Shown one piece after another: positions 1-8,945 of a stretch of 64,000 nucleotides of DNA. The notes under the pieces are model-generated. The model did no database searches. It saw only the letters and a list, made by a program, of their open reading frames with translations, and was not told the DNA's origin. Positions within the stretch are counted from its first letter, which is position 1, and each line of letters starts with the position of its first letter. The position numbers and the translations under genes are program-made. This stretch comes from a virus (lineage: Duplodnaviria; Caudoviricetes). The DNA is taken from positions 1-64,000 of the IMG/VR virus record IMGVR_UViG_3300005937_000001, one strand, 5' to 3'.

Positions 1-72
1 CAGTCGCCGACATGGGCTGATGGCCTGCCGATCAAGGTCAAGGCCTGGATCAACAAGCGATACATGAAATGA
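1..72 (+). CDS. C-terminal end of probable family-A phage DNA polymerase (partial, 5' truncated)
   Basis: Frame 1 reads QSPTWADGLPIKVKAWINKRYMK*, matching the P-x-WA-x-GLP...G/W...RY-x-K end typical of phage PolA; its stop overlaps the next ATG; it sits in a replication module. Confidence 0.55.
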   Translation, partial: QSPTWADGLPIKVKAWINKRYMK

Positions 73-509
73 CCGACCCGTTCGAGGATTTCGCCGATCG
101 CAATTCGACCGCGTACAATCGTGCGCGCATGCGTGCGGCCGAGACCAAGGCCGAGCGCGAGCTAGCCAAGAAGCAGTTCGAGCGTGACTTCATCTTCGAG
201 GAGTGGAAGAAGTGGCATGAGGAGCGCAAAGTAGCGCTGCTCGCGGGTCCGCATGGCGAGCAGGCGCAGGAGCTGTGCTATTTTCTCGAGACGATGACCA
301 TCGCGGACGCCGCGGCGCTGGTCGAGCTGGTCAAGCGCGGGGCCTGGCACGAGACCAACGCCGACACGCGCTTTCTGGTTCAGACACTGATCGGCCGCAC
401 CATCATGTGCGTACGCGAATGCGAGGGTCTGCCGCCGTTCGACGATCCGCTTCCGTTTAGTGATGAAGAGTTGAACGCGTCGCTGATCATCAGGGAGTTG
501 CTGAAGTGA
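69..509 (+). CDS. hypothetical protein, 146 aa
   Basis: ATGA-coupled to the upstream gene; natural composition; phage-like codon use. Confidence 0.7.
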   Translation: MTDPFEDFADRNSTAYNRARMRAAETKAERELAKKQFERDFIFEEWKKWHEERKVALLAGPHGEQAQELCYFLETMTIADAAALVELVKRGAWHETNADTRFLVQTLIGRTIMCVRECEGLPPFDDPLPFSDEELNASLIIRELLK

Positions 510-703
510 CCATCCATCGCGTCCATGGCTGCATCGCGTTTGAGTGTGACGGTTGCGGCGAGGTACTCGAAACCAATCAGGGAGATTTCTACGATGCACT
601 CGCAGAGCTTAAAAAGACGGACTGGAGAATAATAAAGGTCGTAGGTGGGCACACCGAAACGTGGGAGCATCGTTGCCCTGATTGTGAGGATGAAGAAGAA
701 TGA
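506..703 (+). CDS. small zinc-ribbon protein (CxxC...CxxC)
   Basis: FECDGCGE...HRCPDCE; overlapping start/stop coupling on both sides. Confidence 0.7.
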   Translation: MTIHRVHGCIAFECDGCGEVLETNQGDFYDALAELKKTDWRIIKVVGGHTETWEHRCPDCEDEEE

Positions 704-1779
704 GCATCATCAAAGAGGCATTCGAGAAACACGCGCGCAGTGCGCGGCAGAAGTTCAAGCGCGCCCGCGAGCAGACCGTCGGCGCCAGCGAGATCGGCCA
801 GTGTGCGCGCAAGATTTGGTACCGCAAGCATGGGCATCCGTACGATGAGAACTACGCCGACGGCTGGGGCGCAGCACGCCGCGGCAACGTGTTCGAGAAG
901 AGCTTCTTCGTGCCGGCGCTGCGCAAGCACTACGGCGATAAGCTGATCTTCGCTGGTGGTCAACAGCAGCGCTACGTCGACAAGCTGTTGAGCGCAACGC
1001 CCGACGGCATCTTGATCGACCAGCCGCGCAATCTGCTTGCACACCTAATGGTGCCCGACATCGGGCCCAGTCGCTGCGTGGTGATCGATTGCAAGACCAT
1101 CGACCCTCGTATTAACCTTTCGGAGCCGAAGGGTGAACATGTCTTCCAAGTGCAGGTGCAGCTCGGGCTCGTGCGCAAGCTGACTAAATTCAAGCCGGAC
1201 TTTGGTATTTTGGCCTACACCAACGCCAGCTTCTTCGACGACAACGTGGAGTTCGTTGTTAAATTTGACCCAGAAGTATTTCAAGAGGCAGTTAAAAGGT
1301 CAGTCGCCATCATGACCAGCGTCAACGCCTCGGACCTGAAGCCCGAGGGCTGGATCGACGGCGGCGACGAATGCAAGTATTGCCCATTTCTAGCTAGCTG
1401 TAGGGCCCTGCGGGGTCGGGTGCCACTAAATGATGATGTGGCGCAGGACAAGCAGTTTATAGCGGAGCTTGTGGACCTGGCAGGGCAGGAACGTGCAGCC
1501 CATGGCAAGGTTGATGAGGCCTCAAAGGCCCACCGTGAGCTACAAGAAAAAATTAAATCGAGGATGAGGGAAAAGGGCTTGCGCTTTATCAAGACCCGTG
1601 AACTTAATGTGACGTGGTCGGCCGTGAAGGGCAGACCGTCATACGACATGGTGGGGATCAAAGCAGCTGCAGCCGCAGCCGGCATTGACCTCCAGCGGTT
1701 CGAGACAGTCGGTGAACCTTCCGACCGATTGCTAGTCAGCGTCACTAAACAGGATCGTTTGGTGACGCGGAAGCCGTGA
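700..1779 (+). CDS. Cas4-like / PD-(D/E)XK exonuclease
   Basis: ASEIGQCARKIWY N-terminal Cys, TPDG...IDCKT nuclease core, QVQVQL motif, CKYCPFLASC C-terminal Fe-S-type Cys cluster. Confidence 0.85.
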   Translation: MSIIKEAFEKHARSARQKFKRAREQTVGASEIGQCARKIWYRKHGHPYDENYADGWGAARRGNVFEKSFFVPALRKHYGDKLIFAGGQQQRYVDKLLSATPDGILIDQPRNLLAHLMVPDIGPSRCVVIDCKTIDPRINLSEPKGEHVFQVQVQLGLVRKLTKFKPDFGILAYTNASFFDDNVEFVVKFDPEVFQEAVKRSVAIMTSVNASDLKPEGWIDGGDECKYCPFLASCRALRGRVPLNDDVAQDKQFIAELVDLAGQERAAHGKVDEASKAHRELQEKIKSRMREKGLRFIKTRELNVTWSAVKGRPSYDMVGIKAAAAAAGIDLQRFETVGEPSDRLLVSVTKQDRLVTRKP

Positions 1780-1829
1780 GCCGAGCGCGGCGCTTTGATC
1801 TCGGTCATACAACGTTGAGGACTTCAACG

Positions 1830-2594
1830 ATGGCTAACAACCTGCAGACTACCTCGTCACTGACGCCGGCGGAAATCGATCCGTTCGATGCGTTCGGTAA
1901 CGAGTTCGGCGGCCAGACGCATATCCACGGCCACCTCCTCCGCTTCACCAAACATGGTGATTACAAGTACGGTCAAGACCAGGAAGAGATGGACGAGGGC
2001 ACGCGCATGCTGGCCTACCTGCCAGGCCTGATGAAGGGCATGGTCAAGTGGGAAGATCAGAGACCGGTGAAGCACTTAATCGGTCTGGTGGCGGAAGGCT
2101 TTCAGCCTCCCCTGCGTGAAGAACTCGGCGACCACGACAAGTCGAAGTGGCGCGAGCTTAGCGGCCAGCAGATCGATCCGTGGCAGTTCACGGCCTATCT
2201 TCCGATGCTCGATGATCAAGGCGAGCTTTATACGTTCGTCACTTCCTCGAAGGGCGGACTGGGCACGCTGAGCGAGTTGAGCAAGTCGTTTGCAAGACGG
2301 CGCAAGATGCATCCGAACGATATCCCAATCGTGAAGCTGCTGCGGCGCTCGTATCAGCACGCTGAGTTCGGCGAGACGTTTGCGCCGGTGTTCAGGGTAG
2401 ACGGCTGGTCCAAAATTCCGGCGGACTTCGACGAGCTGAAGAGCGCGTTGACGAACGGCGGAGCGGTGGATGCGATCGAGGACAAGGCCACTGAGGTGTT
2501 CGTGTCCAAGACCACCAGGGCCAAGCCGAAAGAGAAGGTGCAGGAGCGCCCAGCCAGAAAGGCCGCGAGCGGCAAGAAGGGCGTGCGCTTCTAA
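1830..2594 (+). CDS. probable single-stranded DNA-binding / recombination protein
   Basis: GAGG RBS before ATG 1830; LLRFTKHGDY...DPWQ...YTFVTSSKGG...PVFRVDGW pattern; lies between the exonuclease and the primase. Confidence 0.6.
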   Translation: MANNLQTTSSLTPAEIDPFDAFGNEFGGQTHIHGHLLRFTKHGDYKYGQDQEEMDEGTRMLAYLPGLMKGMVKWEDQRPVKHLIGLVAEGFQPPLREELGDHDKSKWRELSGQQIDPWQFTAYLPMLDDQGELYTFVTSSKGGLGTLSELSKSFARRRKMHPNDIPIVKLLRRSYQHAEFGETFAPVFRVDGWSKIPADFDELKSALTNGGAVDAIEDKATEVFVSKTTRAKPKEKVQERPARKAASGKKGVRF

Positions 2595-2701
2595 GTTCAC
2601 AGCGTTCTAGCCGTCTGCCTCCCCGTCCGCAGCGGGGTCGTGAGAACTTCTACGACGGGAGCATCGATGGCTCCCTGTTCCCGTCGCTCTGCGGATCAAT
2701 C

Positions 2702-5161
2702 ATGCCCAAGCGCGTTCAAGAGACGGAGTGCCTGCGCGCTGTTCTCCATTACGCTGACCCCGCCAAGAGCTACGGCTGGAGCTTGTTTCCGGCTTACCTC
2801 AAGGACGGCAAAAAGAAGAGCTTTCTGTCGGCCAAATACGCGCCTGGTGGCGCAAACTGGGGCGCGACCGCGGACCTCGGGCAGCTGCGCAAGAACTTCC
2901 TGCGCTACACCACGGCCGGCGTCGGCCTGCCCACGGGCACTGTGAATAACCTCATTGTTGTTGATGTTGACACCATCAAAGGCCATGGGGTTGATGGCAA
3001 GGCCGCGCTCAGGGCGCTGGAGAAAAAGCACGGCAAGCTGCCGAAGACGCTGATGGCGAAGACGCCCAGTGGCTCGGAGCATTATTACTTTAGGCGCCCA
3101 GACGTACCTTTCAAGCTCAAGAGCATGACGATCGCGGCCGGCGTTGATGTCAAGGCCGATGGCGGCATGGTGATCGCACCCCCAAGCACGCGCCCTGACG
3201 GCAAGTGTGAGTGGGTCGATCCTGATGTAGCGATTGCGCCGGCGCCGGACTGGCTAATCGACGAGATCAAGGACGAGGATCACCAGGGCAACGGCCACGA
3301 TCCGTTCGCAGAAGGCCTGTACGAGCCGCTGAGCGAAGACAAGATTACTGAGGGCTGCGAGATCATCGCGACTAGCCTGCCGAACGACGATGACGATTGG
3401 GACAGCTGGAACACCAAAGGCTTGAAGATTGTCGCGGTGGCGCCTGATGATCGCGGGTTTGCAGCATTCGACGGTTATTCGCAGCGCTCGAACAAGTACG
3501 ACGCCGACGTCACTCGCGACAAGTGGAACAAGTTTCACACCTCACCACCAACTAAGATTTCGCCTGGTTCGTTCATTCACCTGGTCAGGGAAGCTGATCC
3601 CGACTGGAGCCCGCGGGGTGATAGTGATGAGCCGGCCGAGGAGTGGAAGACCAAGCCGAAGACCAACGGCGCCACTCCACCCACGGATGTGGGTATCCCC
3701 ATCGATTTGTGGAGCGGATCACAGACCTCGGTGGCGTTGCCGCGCGGACTGCTGCCATCGATCATCGAGGCCTTCGCATTTTCTCATGCTGATCAGAAGG
3801 GCTGCGACCCCGCCGGCTTCGCGCTTGGCGCACTGGTTGCATGCTCCACCGTAATCCCCGACAAGATCAAAATACAGCCTAAGCGCAACGATCCTGGATG
3901 GCGGCAGAGCGCACGGTTTTGGTTTGGCTTGGTCGGTGATCCAAGCACGATGAAAACAACGATTTTCAGCGAGACTATGGCTCCAATTGATCGCATCAAC
4001 CGCAAGATGGTGATCGAGTACATGAAGGCGATGGAGGAGTGGGAGCAGCTCGATAGGGACGAGAAGCGCGAAACGCCCAAGCCCACAAAGGAGCGGATCA
4101 AGATTGAGGACGTTACGGTCGAGGGCGTTCAGCAGATCATGGCTGACAGCCCTGAAGGTGTGATCCTGTGCCGCGACGAGTTGTCGGGCTACTTCGGCGG
4201 GATGGATCGCTACAGCGGTGGCAAACGCGGCAGCGCGAGCTTCGATCGTAGCTTCTATTTGCAGGCCTACGACGGCCGCTCCTACACTGTCGATCGTGCC
4301 AGTGCCGACTCCAGGCACATCGAGAACTTGAGCATCAACATTTTTGGAGGCATCCAGTCTGATGTGATCCGCAAAGTAGTGCTGGAGGCTTCGCACGACG
4401 GCCTGATCGAGCGCTTCAACATGATTATGCTGCGCAGCGCCACGGTCGGCAAAGACGTGCCGGTGTCGCCGGAGGCAAAGCTTTACGAGACACTGATCGA
4501 CAAGCTGTACAAGCTACGCAAGCGGCACGATGATGACCTGGTCAGGTTCGATGATGAGGCCATCAAGGTGCGCGAGGAGTTGGAGCACAAGCACCTCAGG
4601 TGGGCTGAGCTGACCCGCTCCAGCAGTCCGCGCCTGGCGTCACACATCGGCAAGTACAACGGAATGTTCGCGCGCCTGTGCTTGCTCTGGCATGTGATCG
4701 AGCACCACGAGGACGCCTGGCAGGCTGATATCGATCTCGATACCGCGCGACGCGTCGAGGCCTTCCTGCACAAGTTTCTTTTACCGCATGCAGTGACGTT
4801 TCACTTCAACGTGCTCAACACCAGTGATGACCACGAGAAGCTGCGCGCGATCGCCGGCTACATCCTCGCTAATGATCACCTGGAGACGCTTACCAGCCGC
4901 GATATCCAGCGCGGCACTAACAGCCTGCGTGGTCTCGAACGCAAAGAGATCGAGCGCATTTTTGATCAGTTGGACGCCTACAAGTGGGTGGACCGCTTGC
5001 CGCCGAAGCGCGCCGGCGGTCCTTCACACTGGAAGGTCAACCGCCAGGTCCATGAGGTTTACCATGAAACAGCCAGGCGGGAGATCAAACGGCGCCAAGA
5101 GGTGCGGGAGTGGCTGACTGAAATCCTACCGCAAGAACAAGGCAGGAACTCAAAGTCGTGA
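2702..5161 (+). CDS. bifunctional primase-polymerase (Prim-Pol) with PriCT-2 and DUF3987-type P-loop helicase domain
   Basis: LIVVDVDT...TPSGSEHYYF...GVDVKADGGMVIAPPS Prim-Pol motifs; WNTKGLKI...WNKF PriCT-2; LVGDPSTMKTT Walker A-like, RDELSG Walker B-like, FYLQAYDG. Confidence 0.9.
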   Translation: MPKRVQETECLRAVLHYADPAKSYGWSLFPAYLKDGKKKSFLSAKYAPGGANWGATADLGQLRKNFLRYTTAGVGLPTGTVNNLIVVDVDTIKGHGVDGKAALRALEKKHGKLPKTLMAKTPSGSEHYYFRRPDVPFKLKSMTIAAGVDVKADGGMVIAPPSTRPDGKCEWVDPDVAIAPAPDWLIDEIKDEDHQGNGHDPFAEGLYEPLSEDKITEGCEIIATSLPNDDDDWDSWNTKGLKIVAVAPDDRGFAAFDGYSQRSNKYDADVTRDKWNKFHTSPPTKISPGSFIHLVREADPDWSPRGDSDEPAEEWKTKPKTNGATPPTDVGIPIDLWSGSQTSVALPRGLLPSIIEAFAFSHADQKGCDPAGFALGALVACSTVIPDKIKIQPKRNDPGWRQSARFWFGLVGDPSTMKTTIFSETMAPIDRINRKMVIEYMKAMEEWEQLDRDEKRETPKPTKERIKIEDVTVEGVQQIMADSPEGVILCRDELSGYFGGMDRYSGGKRGSASFDRSFYLQAYDGRSYTVDRASADSRHIENLSINIFGGIQSDVIRKVVLEASHDGLIERFNMIMLRSATVGKDVPVSPEAKLYETLIDKLYKLRKRHDDDLVRFDDEAIKVREELEHKHLRWAELTRSSSPRLASHIGKYNGMFARLCLLWHVIEHHEDAWQADIDLDTARRVEAFLHKFLLPHAVTFHFNVLNTSDDHEKLRAIAGYILANDHLETLTSRDIQRGTNSLRGLERKEIERIFDQLDAYKWVDRLPPKRAGGPSHWKVNRQVHEVYHETARREIKRRQEVREWLTEILPQEQGRNSKS

Positions 5162-5328
5162 CAGTGTCGACAATCTTTCGCGCGGAGGTTTGTAAAATGC
5201 AATCAGCAGGCGAACAATGTCGACAATGTCGTACGCGCGTACGGGTATAGATTATTAAAGAGGTTTTTTCTTCTTCTATGCCACAGCGGACGGACTCGCG
5301 CGCGCGTACGACAATGTCGACAATGTTG
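5159..5328. repeat. putative replication origin: repeated (A)CAATGTCGACAAT units, CGTACGCGCGTACG palindrome and an AT-rich core
   Basis: TGTCGACA palindrome at about 5165, 5218 and 5315 inside near-identical ACAATGTCGACAATGT units; AT-rich TATAGATTATTAAAGAGGTTTTTTCTTCTTCTAT between them; immediately after the primase/helicase stop. Confidence 0.6.
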
Positions 5329-5341
5329 CAGGAGGCTAGGG

Positions 5342-5617
5342 ATGATTGCCGATCAAAATACTTGGCCCGCGTTCAAAGTGGAGTGCGAAGCATGGCTTGC
5401 GGGGGATTTGCGAATAGAGCGTGCTGAGGGATCGGTGTTTCACCAGCTTGTTGAGGCTTGGTGTGTTTCTTGTTTGGACCGTCCAACAGCTCTCGGGCGC
5501 TATGATGGTGTGTTTCATTGGTTCGATTCTCATTTGGAGTTTGTGAAGACCTGGATACGCTGGATGCTGGTCGGTGATCCTGATCTCGGCTTCATCGACA
5601 AACACTATCGGGTGTGA
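5342..5617 (+). CDS. hypothetical protein, 91 aa
   Basis: GGAGG RBS upstream; overlaps the next gene by 4 nt. Confidence 0.6.
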   Translation: MIADQNTWPAFKVECEAWLAGDLRIERAEGSVFHQLVEAWCVSCLDRPTALGRYDGVFHWFDSHLEFVKTWIRWMLVGDPDLGFIDKHYRV

Positions 5618-6330
5618 CGATGCCACGAGGCAAACGCAGTCTAGGATTTCCGACGATCAAAGAAGCTGTAGCTGCAGTGAGGGAGATCGTCGGCACGCCG
5701 GCCAGTCCGCGTTACAAATTGGACGAAGAGTTTTTTCACCCGCTGCTGCAGCGGTTGTTTATCGAGCAGCCGTACTGGTGCGAGCCACCTGGTCCGCGGT
5801 GCACGAAGTTCAAATGGACAACGCGTGTGCTGGCGTATGGTGCGACGACCGAGTGGCAGTTCATGGCGTACTGTGAGGAGGATGGATGGAAGAAAGCGAA
5901 TGGTGGGAATGGCTGGAAGAGCGTGTCGTGGCGCAAGGCTGTCAGGTGGTACAAGTTTGATATTGTGAAAGAGTTGCGAGAGGTTGCTGATCATCGGATC
6001 AGTATTCTCACGGCCACGCATCGGGAGCAGTTTCGTTTTTGTGAGCAAGAGGGATGTACGCGGTTCGCTGATCACGTGCATCATTGTGTGATGACGCGAA
6101 AGGAGATCGTTGATGAGGCATTGGCTGATTTGAGTGACGAGGAGTTCGACAAGATCAGGGAGCTGTACGATTGGTTTACGGATGCGGTGTTTGCGTTGCC
6201 AGACGAGCACAAGTTCATCCAGGCGATCATTGCGCGGCACGGACCTGGTACGATGCGATCGTTGTGTAGGAAGCATCACAACGATGCGCATGGGCATCAG
6301 ACGCACGGAGGTGATAATGACGGTGCATGA
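5614..6330 (+). CDS. hypothetical protein with HNH-like C-terminal metal motif (possible DUF3223-like N-terminal part)
   Basis: FCEQEGCTRFADHVHH...SLCRKHHNDAH resembles an HNH/Zn site; KSVSWRKAV resembles the DUF3223 S-[YW]-RK motif (weak). Confidence 0.55.
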   Translation: MTMPRGKRSLGFPTIKEAVAAVREIVGTPASPRYKLDEEFFHPLLQRLFIEQPYWCEPPGPRCTKFKWTTRVLAYGATTEWQFMAYCEEDGWKKANGGNGWKSVSWRKAVRWYKFDIVKELREVADHRISILTATHREQFRFCEQEGCTRFADHVHHCVMTRKEIVDEALADLSDEEFDKIRELYDWFTDAVFALPDEHKFIQAIIARHGPGTMRSLCRKHHNDAHGHQTHGGDNDGA

Positions 6331-6616
6331 ATTACGTTGCTGGCCGGAGTTCTTCGCGCCACTGCTGAGCGGGGAGAAGACCGCGGAGCTGCGCTACAAC
6401 GATCGCGACTACCAGGTTGGGGATATCTTGCTGTTGCGTGAGTGGGAGCCGAAGGGAGAGGTGTACACTGGGCGCGAGTGCAAGCGTGTGGTGACGCACG
6501 TGCTGCACGGTGCCGGCACGGTTGGAGTGATTGCGCCGCTGCGTGGCTTGAGCTTGAAATATGTAATGCTATCGTTGCAGGAGATGGGCCAGGCCGAGTT
6601 ATGGAGAGCAGCATGA
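6317..6616 (+). CDS. ASCH/PUA-like DUF3850-type protein
   Basis: HELRCWPEFFAPLLSGEKTAELRYNDRDYQVGDILLLREW...YTGR signature; GGAGG RBS. Confidence 0.85.
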   Translation: MTVHELRCWPEFFAPLLSGEKTAELRYNDRDYQVGDILLLREWEPKGEVYTGRECKRVVTHVLHGAGTVGVIAPLRGLSLKYVMLSLQEMGQAELWRAA

Positions 6617-6858
6617 GGGACATTCCAGGCACGAGCAGAATTTTTCAGGGCGGTCAGATGGTGCGTACGATCGTGTGGCGTGAGATCGCGACGGCGCCGA
6701 GAGATGGGAGGATCATCGAGGTTGCTTGGATGGAGGGACCACTGAAGGGGCGCACGCCGAAGCGTACGCAGTGGGTCAATGGGGAGTGGTTGGGTGGCTA
6801 TCACCCGACGCACTGGAGGACAATCGAGAGGATCGGGAGACAGTGGCAAGGACGTTGA
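6613..6858 (+). CDS. DUF551-like small phage protein
   Basis: WREIATAPRDG...PTHWR signature; ATGA coupling. Confidence 0.7.
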   Translation: MRDIPGTSRIFQGGQMVRTIVWREIATAPRDGRIIEVAWMEGPLKGRTPKRTQWVNGEWLGGYHPTHWRTIERIGRQWQGR

Positions 6859-7004
6859 TGGAAATACGGAAGCGCGAAGATGTTTTGATTGATAAGCTTT
6901 GGGACATGATCAAGCAGGAGGCGGACAAAGAAGTGAAGGCGGTGTATTTGGAGTTGGTTGCTGTGCTTATGCGACAGCAAGCGGAGAGGCCACAGACGAG
7001 ATGA
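6858..7004 (+). CDS. hypothetical protein, 48 aa
   Basis: TGATG coupling; amphipathic helix MEIRKREDVLIDKLWDMIKQ. Confidence 0.5.
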   Translation: MEIRKREDVLIDKLWDMIKQEADKEVKAVYLELVAVLMRQQAERPQTR

Positions 7005-7276
7005 TGAGATGCAGCGAGAGCATCGGGAAGCGGCAGGTGCTGAGTCGGATCACATCAACCGTACCGATGTCTCTCGCTGCGCCAAAAAATATTTTCGTTG
7101 GAAATTCTCCAATGCTTCTGGAGAAAGATTGCTGCTAAGTCATTGATGTTCGAGTTGAGTACGCAGAAGCGAATCAACACGCCTGGAAAATTTGTTGACA
7201 GTGTGCTAGGATGCTTGCGCTTGAAGAAAAGGCCCGACGCGAGGTCGGGCCAAGTCATCTGTAACGGAGAACGATC

Positions 7277-7648
7277 ATGGCGAAACGCCGTGCAAGGGTC
7301 AAGCTCTCCAAGGCCCAAATTTTGGAGAATGACAGCAACAAGTGGCAAGCTAAGAAAGCAGCTGCGATCGAGCAGCTGATTAAGTCGATGGCTCACCTCA
7401 AAGATGTTGAGCGACGTCAGCGACGCCTCGACAAGGCGGTGGCCAAGCCCAAGCCGAAGCGCAAGGCGAAGACGTTGAGCGAGAGCAGCTCGGACATCGC
7501 GAGTGCGATGATCCAGGGCAAGAGCTTTGAGGAGGCTGAATCACCTCCGCAAGCTAAGCTTGATGACCGTGAGTCGAGAATGAAGGCGATGGGTTTTCGC
7601 AAGACTAGGCGCCGAAATGAGAAGGCTCAATCGGTAGTAACTGGTTGA
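7277..7648 (+). CDS. basic Lys/Arg-rich hypothetical protein
   Basis: GGAG RBS; followed by a terminator. Confidence 0.7.
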   Translation: MAKRRARVKLSKAQILENDSNKWQAKKAAAIEQLIKSMAHLKDVERRQRRLDKAVAKPKPKRKAKTLSESSSDIASAMIQGKSFEEAESPPQAKLDDRESRMKAMGFRKTRRRNEKAQSVVTG

Positions 7649-7669
7649 TTGTAATTGCTGATTAGCCCT

Positions 7670-7705
7670 GAGGGTCGCGTTGAAAGGCGCGGCCCTCTTC
7701 TTTGT
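7670..7705 (+). terminator. Rho-independent terminator
   Basis: GAGGGTCGCGT-tgaaag-GCGCGGCCCTC stem (with GU pairs) followed by TTCTTTGT. Confidence 0.7.
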
Positions 7706-7806
7706 GTGCGTGCTTGTGGGGGCTTGTGTTTGAAACCCGACAGGTGTAAGGCGAACTTGGTACGGGTGGTATGACACACTCGCGGGATATCGAGATGTAG
7801 GCGCAA

Positions 7807-8364
7807 ATGTCGGACTGGGCATTGGCAACAACTCCGCCCAATGCGGAGCATCTTGTTTCAGCCGATCTTGCGCGCCTCAACTATTCCCACTTGTTTTTCA
7901 AACGGCGCACCACGCGCGTATGGCATGGACGCATCGTGCTGTCGATGCCGCCGGCGTTTCCGCGTTACGTGATGGTGCCGCTTGAGCAGTGCTGGGACAT
8001 CTTGCGCGATGTGTGGCGCGTGATGGGTATTGTTTGCTTTGGTGAGACTGTAGCTCGGGTGCGTGGGCGTGAAGTAGAGGCGCTAGTCGAGCGTTGTGGT
8101 GGCGGTGACGTACTGCCGCCTGATGTGGTGCCAGAGCCATACGCGCGTGGGGAACGCGTGCATGTCGGTGGCACTGGACTGATCTCAGGACACGATGCGA
8201 CCTACGACAGCGTGACTGAGGAAGGCAAGTTGAGGCTGGTGTTCGACATGATGGGACGCATGGTCCCGATCGATGTCGATGAACGCGATGTCTTCAGCAT
8301 CGCGAAAAAAGCAAAGCGACGTCGACGGCGCAGGCCCAATCGACGACATAGAAAAGCGGCGTGA
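7807..8364 (+). CDS. NusG-family transcription antiterminator (NGN + KOW) with Arg-rich C-terminal tail
   Basis: W-ALAT-PNAE N-terminus, PAFPRYVMV (NGN P-x-FPGY-like), GERVHV.G.G..SG...YD KOW and LVFDMMGRMVPIDV; tail KKAKRRRRRRPNRRHRKAA. Confidence 0.85.
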   Translation: MSDWALATTPPNAEHLVSADLARLNYSHLFFKRRTTRVWHGRIVLSMPPAFPRYVMVPLEQCWDILRDVWRVMGIVCFGETVARVRGREVEALVERCGGGDVLPPDVVPEPYARGERVHVGGTGLISGHDATYDSVTEEGKLRLVFDMMGRMVPIDVDERDVFSIAKKAKRRRRRRPNRRHRKAA

Positions 8365-8430
8365 TCAACGGTTCAACCGGATTGCTTTTCGTTTGACTAG
8401 ACGCCACTGGACATGAAGCCCATGTCAGGG

Positions 8431-8460
8431 GGCGACGCTATGTGCGTCGCTTTACGTTTA
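8431..8460 (+). terminator. hairpin plus U-tract directly upstream of terS
   Basis: GGCGACGC-tatgt-GCGTCGCT stem followed by TTACGTTTA; preceded by a second hairpin GACATG-aagcc-CATGTC (8410-8426). Confidence 0.55.
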
Positions 8461-8945
8461 TGACACGACGCAAAAACAAAGTTCACTCGTCACCGACACC
8501 AATGGTGACCAGTGCGAAGAAGAAATTGTTTTTGGAGCGGCTCAAGGATGGCGATGCGCCAGGCTGTGCCGCCGCTGCAGTTGATGTTGCTCGTTCGACT
8601 GCGTATGCCTGGAAAAAAGACGATACCGAGTTCAGCGCGCTATGGGATGATGCTGTTGCGACATATCTCGACTCGATGGAGACCGAGTACGTCAATCTCG
8701 CAAAAGATGATCCTGAGAACGTCGCTGTTCGTGCGAGGATCATCGAGTACACGCTGAGCCATCGGCGCCGTGATCAGTGGGGCGAGCGCGATGATAATCA
8801 AGCACCAGCTACGCAGAACAATTATTTTCTTGATGTCACGATGCAGGAGCGGCTCGAACGTCTCGATCGATTAGGCTTGCCGCGGCCAGTGTTCGAGAGC
8901 GATCGTGAAGAGGACTATGCTCCACAAACCAACGACGATCCATGA
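8460..8945 (+). CDS. terS: terminase small subunit (HTH type)
   Basis: KKLFLERL...CAAAAVDVARSTAYAWKKDDTEFSALWDDA HTH pattern; overlaps the terL start; start codon uncertain (8442, 8460 or 8502). Confidence 0.75.
   Translation: MTRRKNKVHSSPTPMVTSAKKKLFLERLKDGDAPGCAAAAVDVARSTAYAWKKDDTEFSALWDDAVATYLDSMETEYVNLAKDDPENVAVRARIIEYTLSHRRRDQWGERDDNQAPATQNNYFLDVTMQERLERLDRLGLPRPVFESDREEDYAPQTNDDP

Noticed and set aside
700-1779. CRISPR-Cas system suggested by the Cas4-like gene
   Set aside because: No cas1/cas2 and no repeat-spacer array seen; solo Cas4-like nucleases are ordinary in phage replication modules
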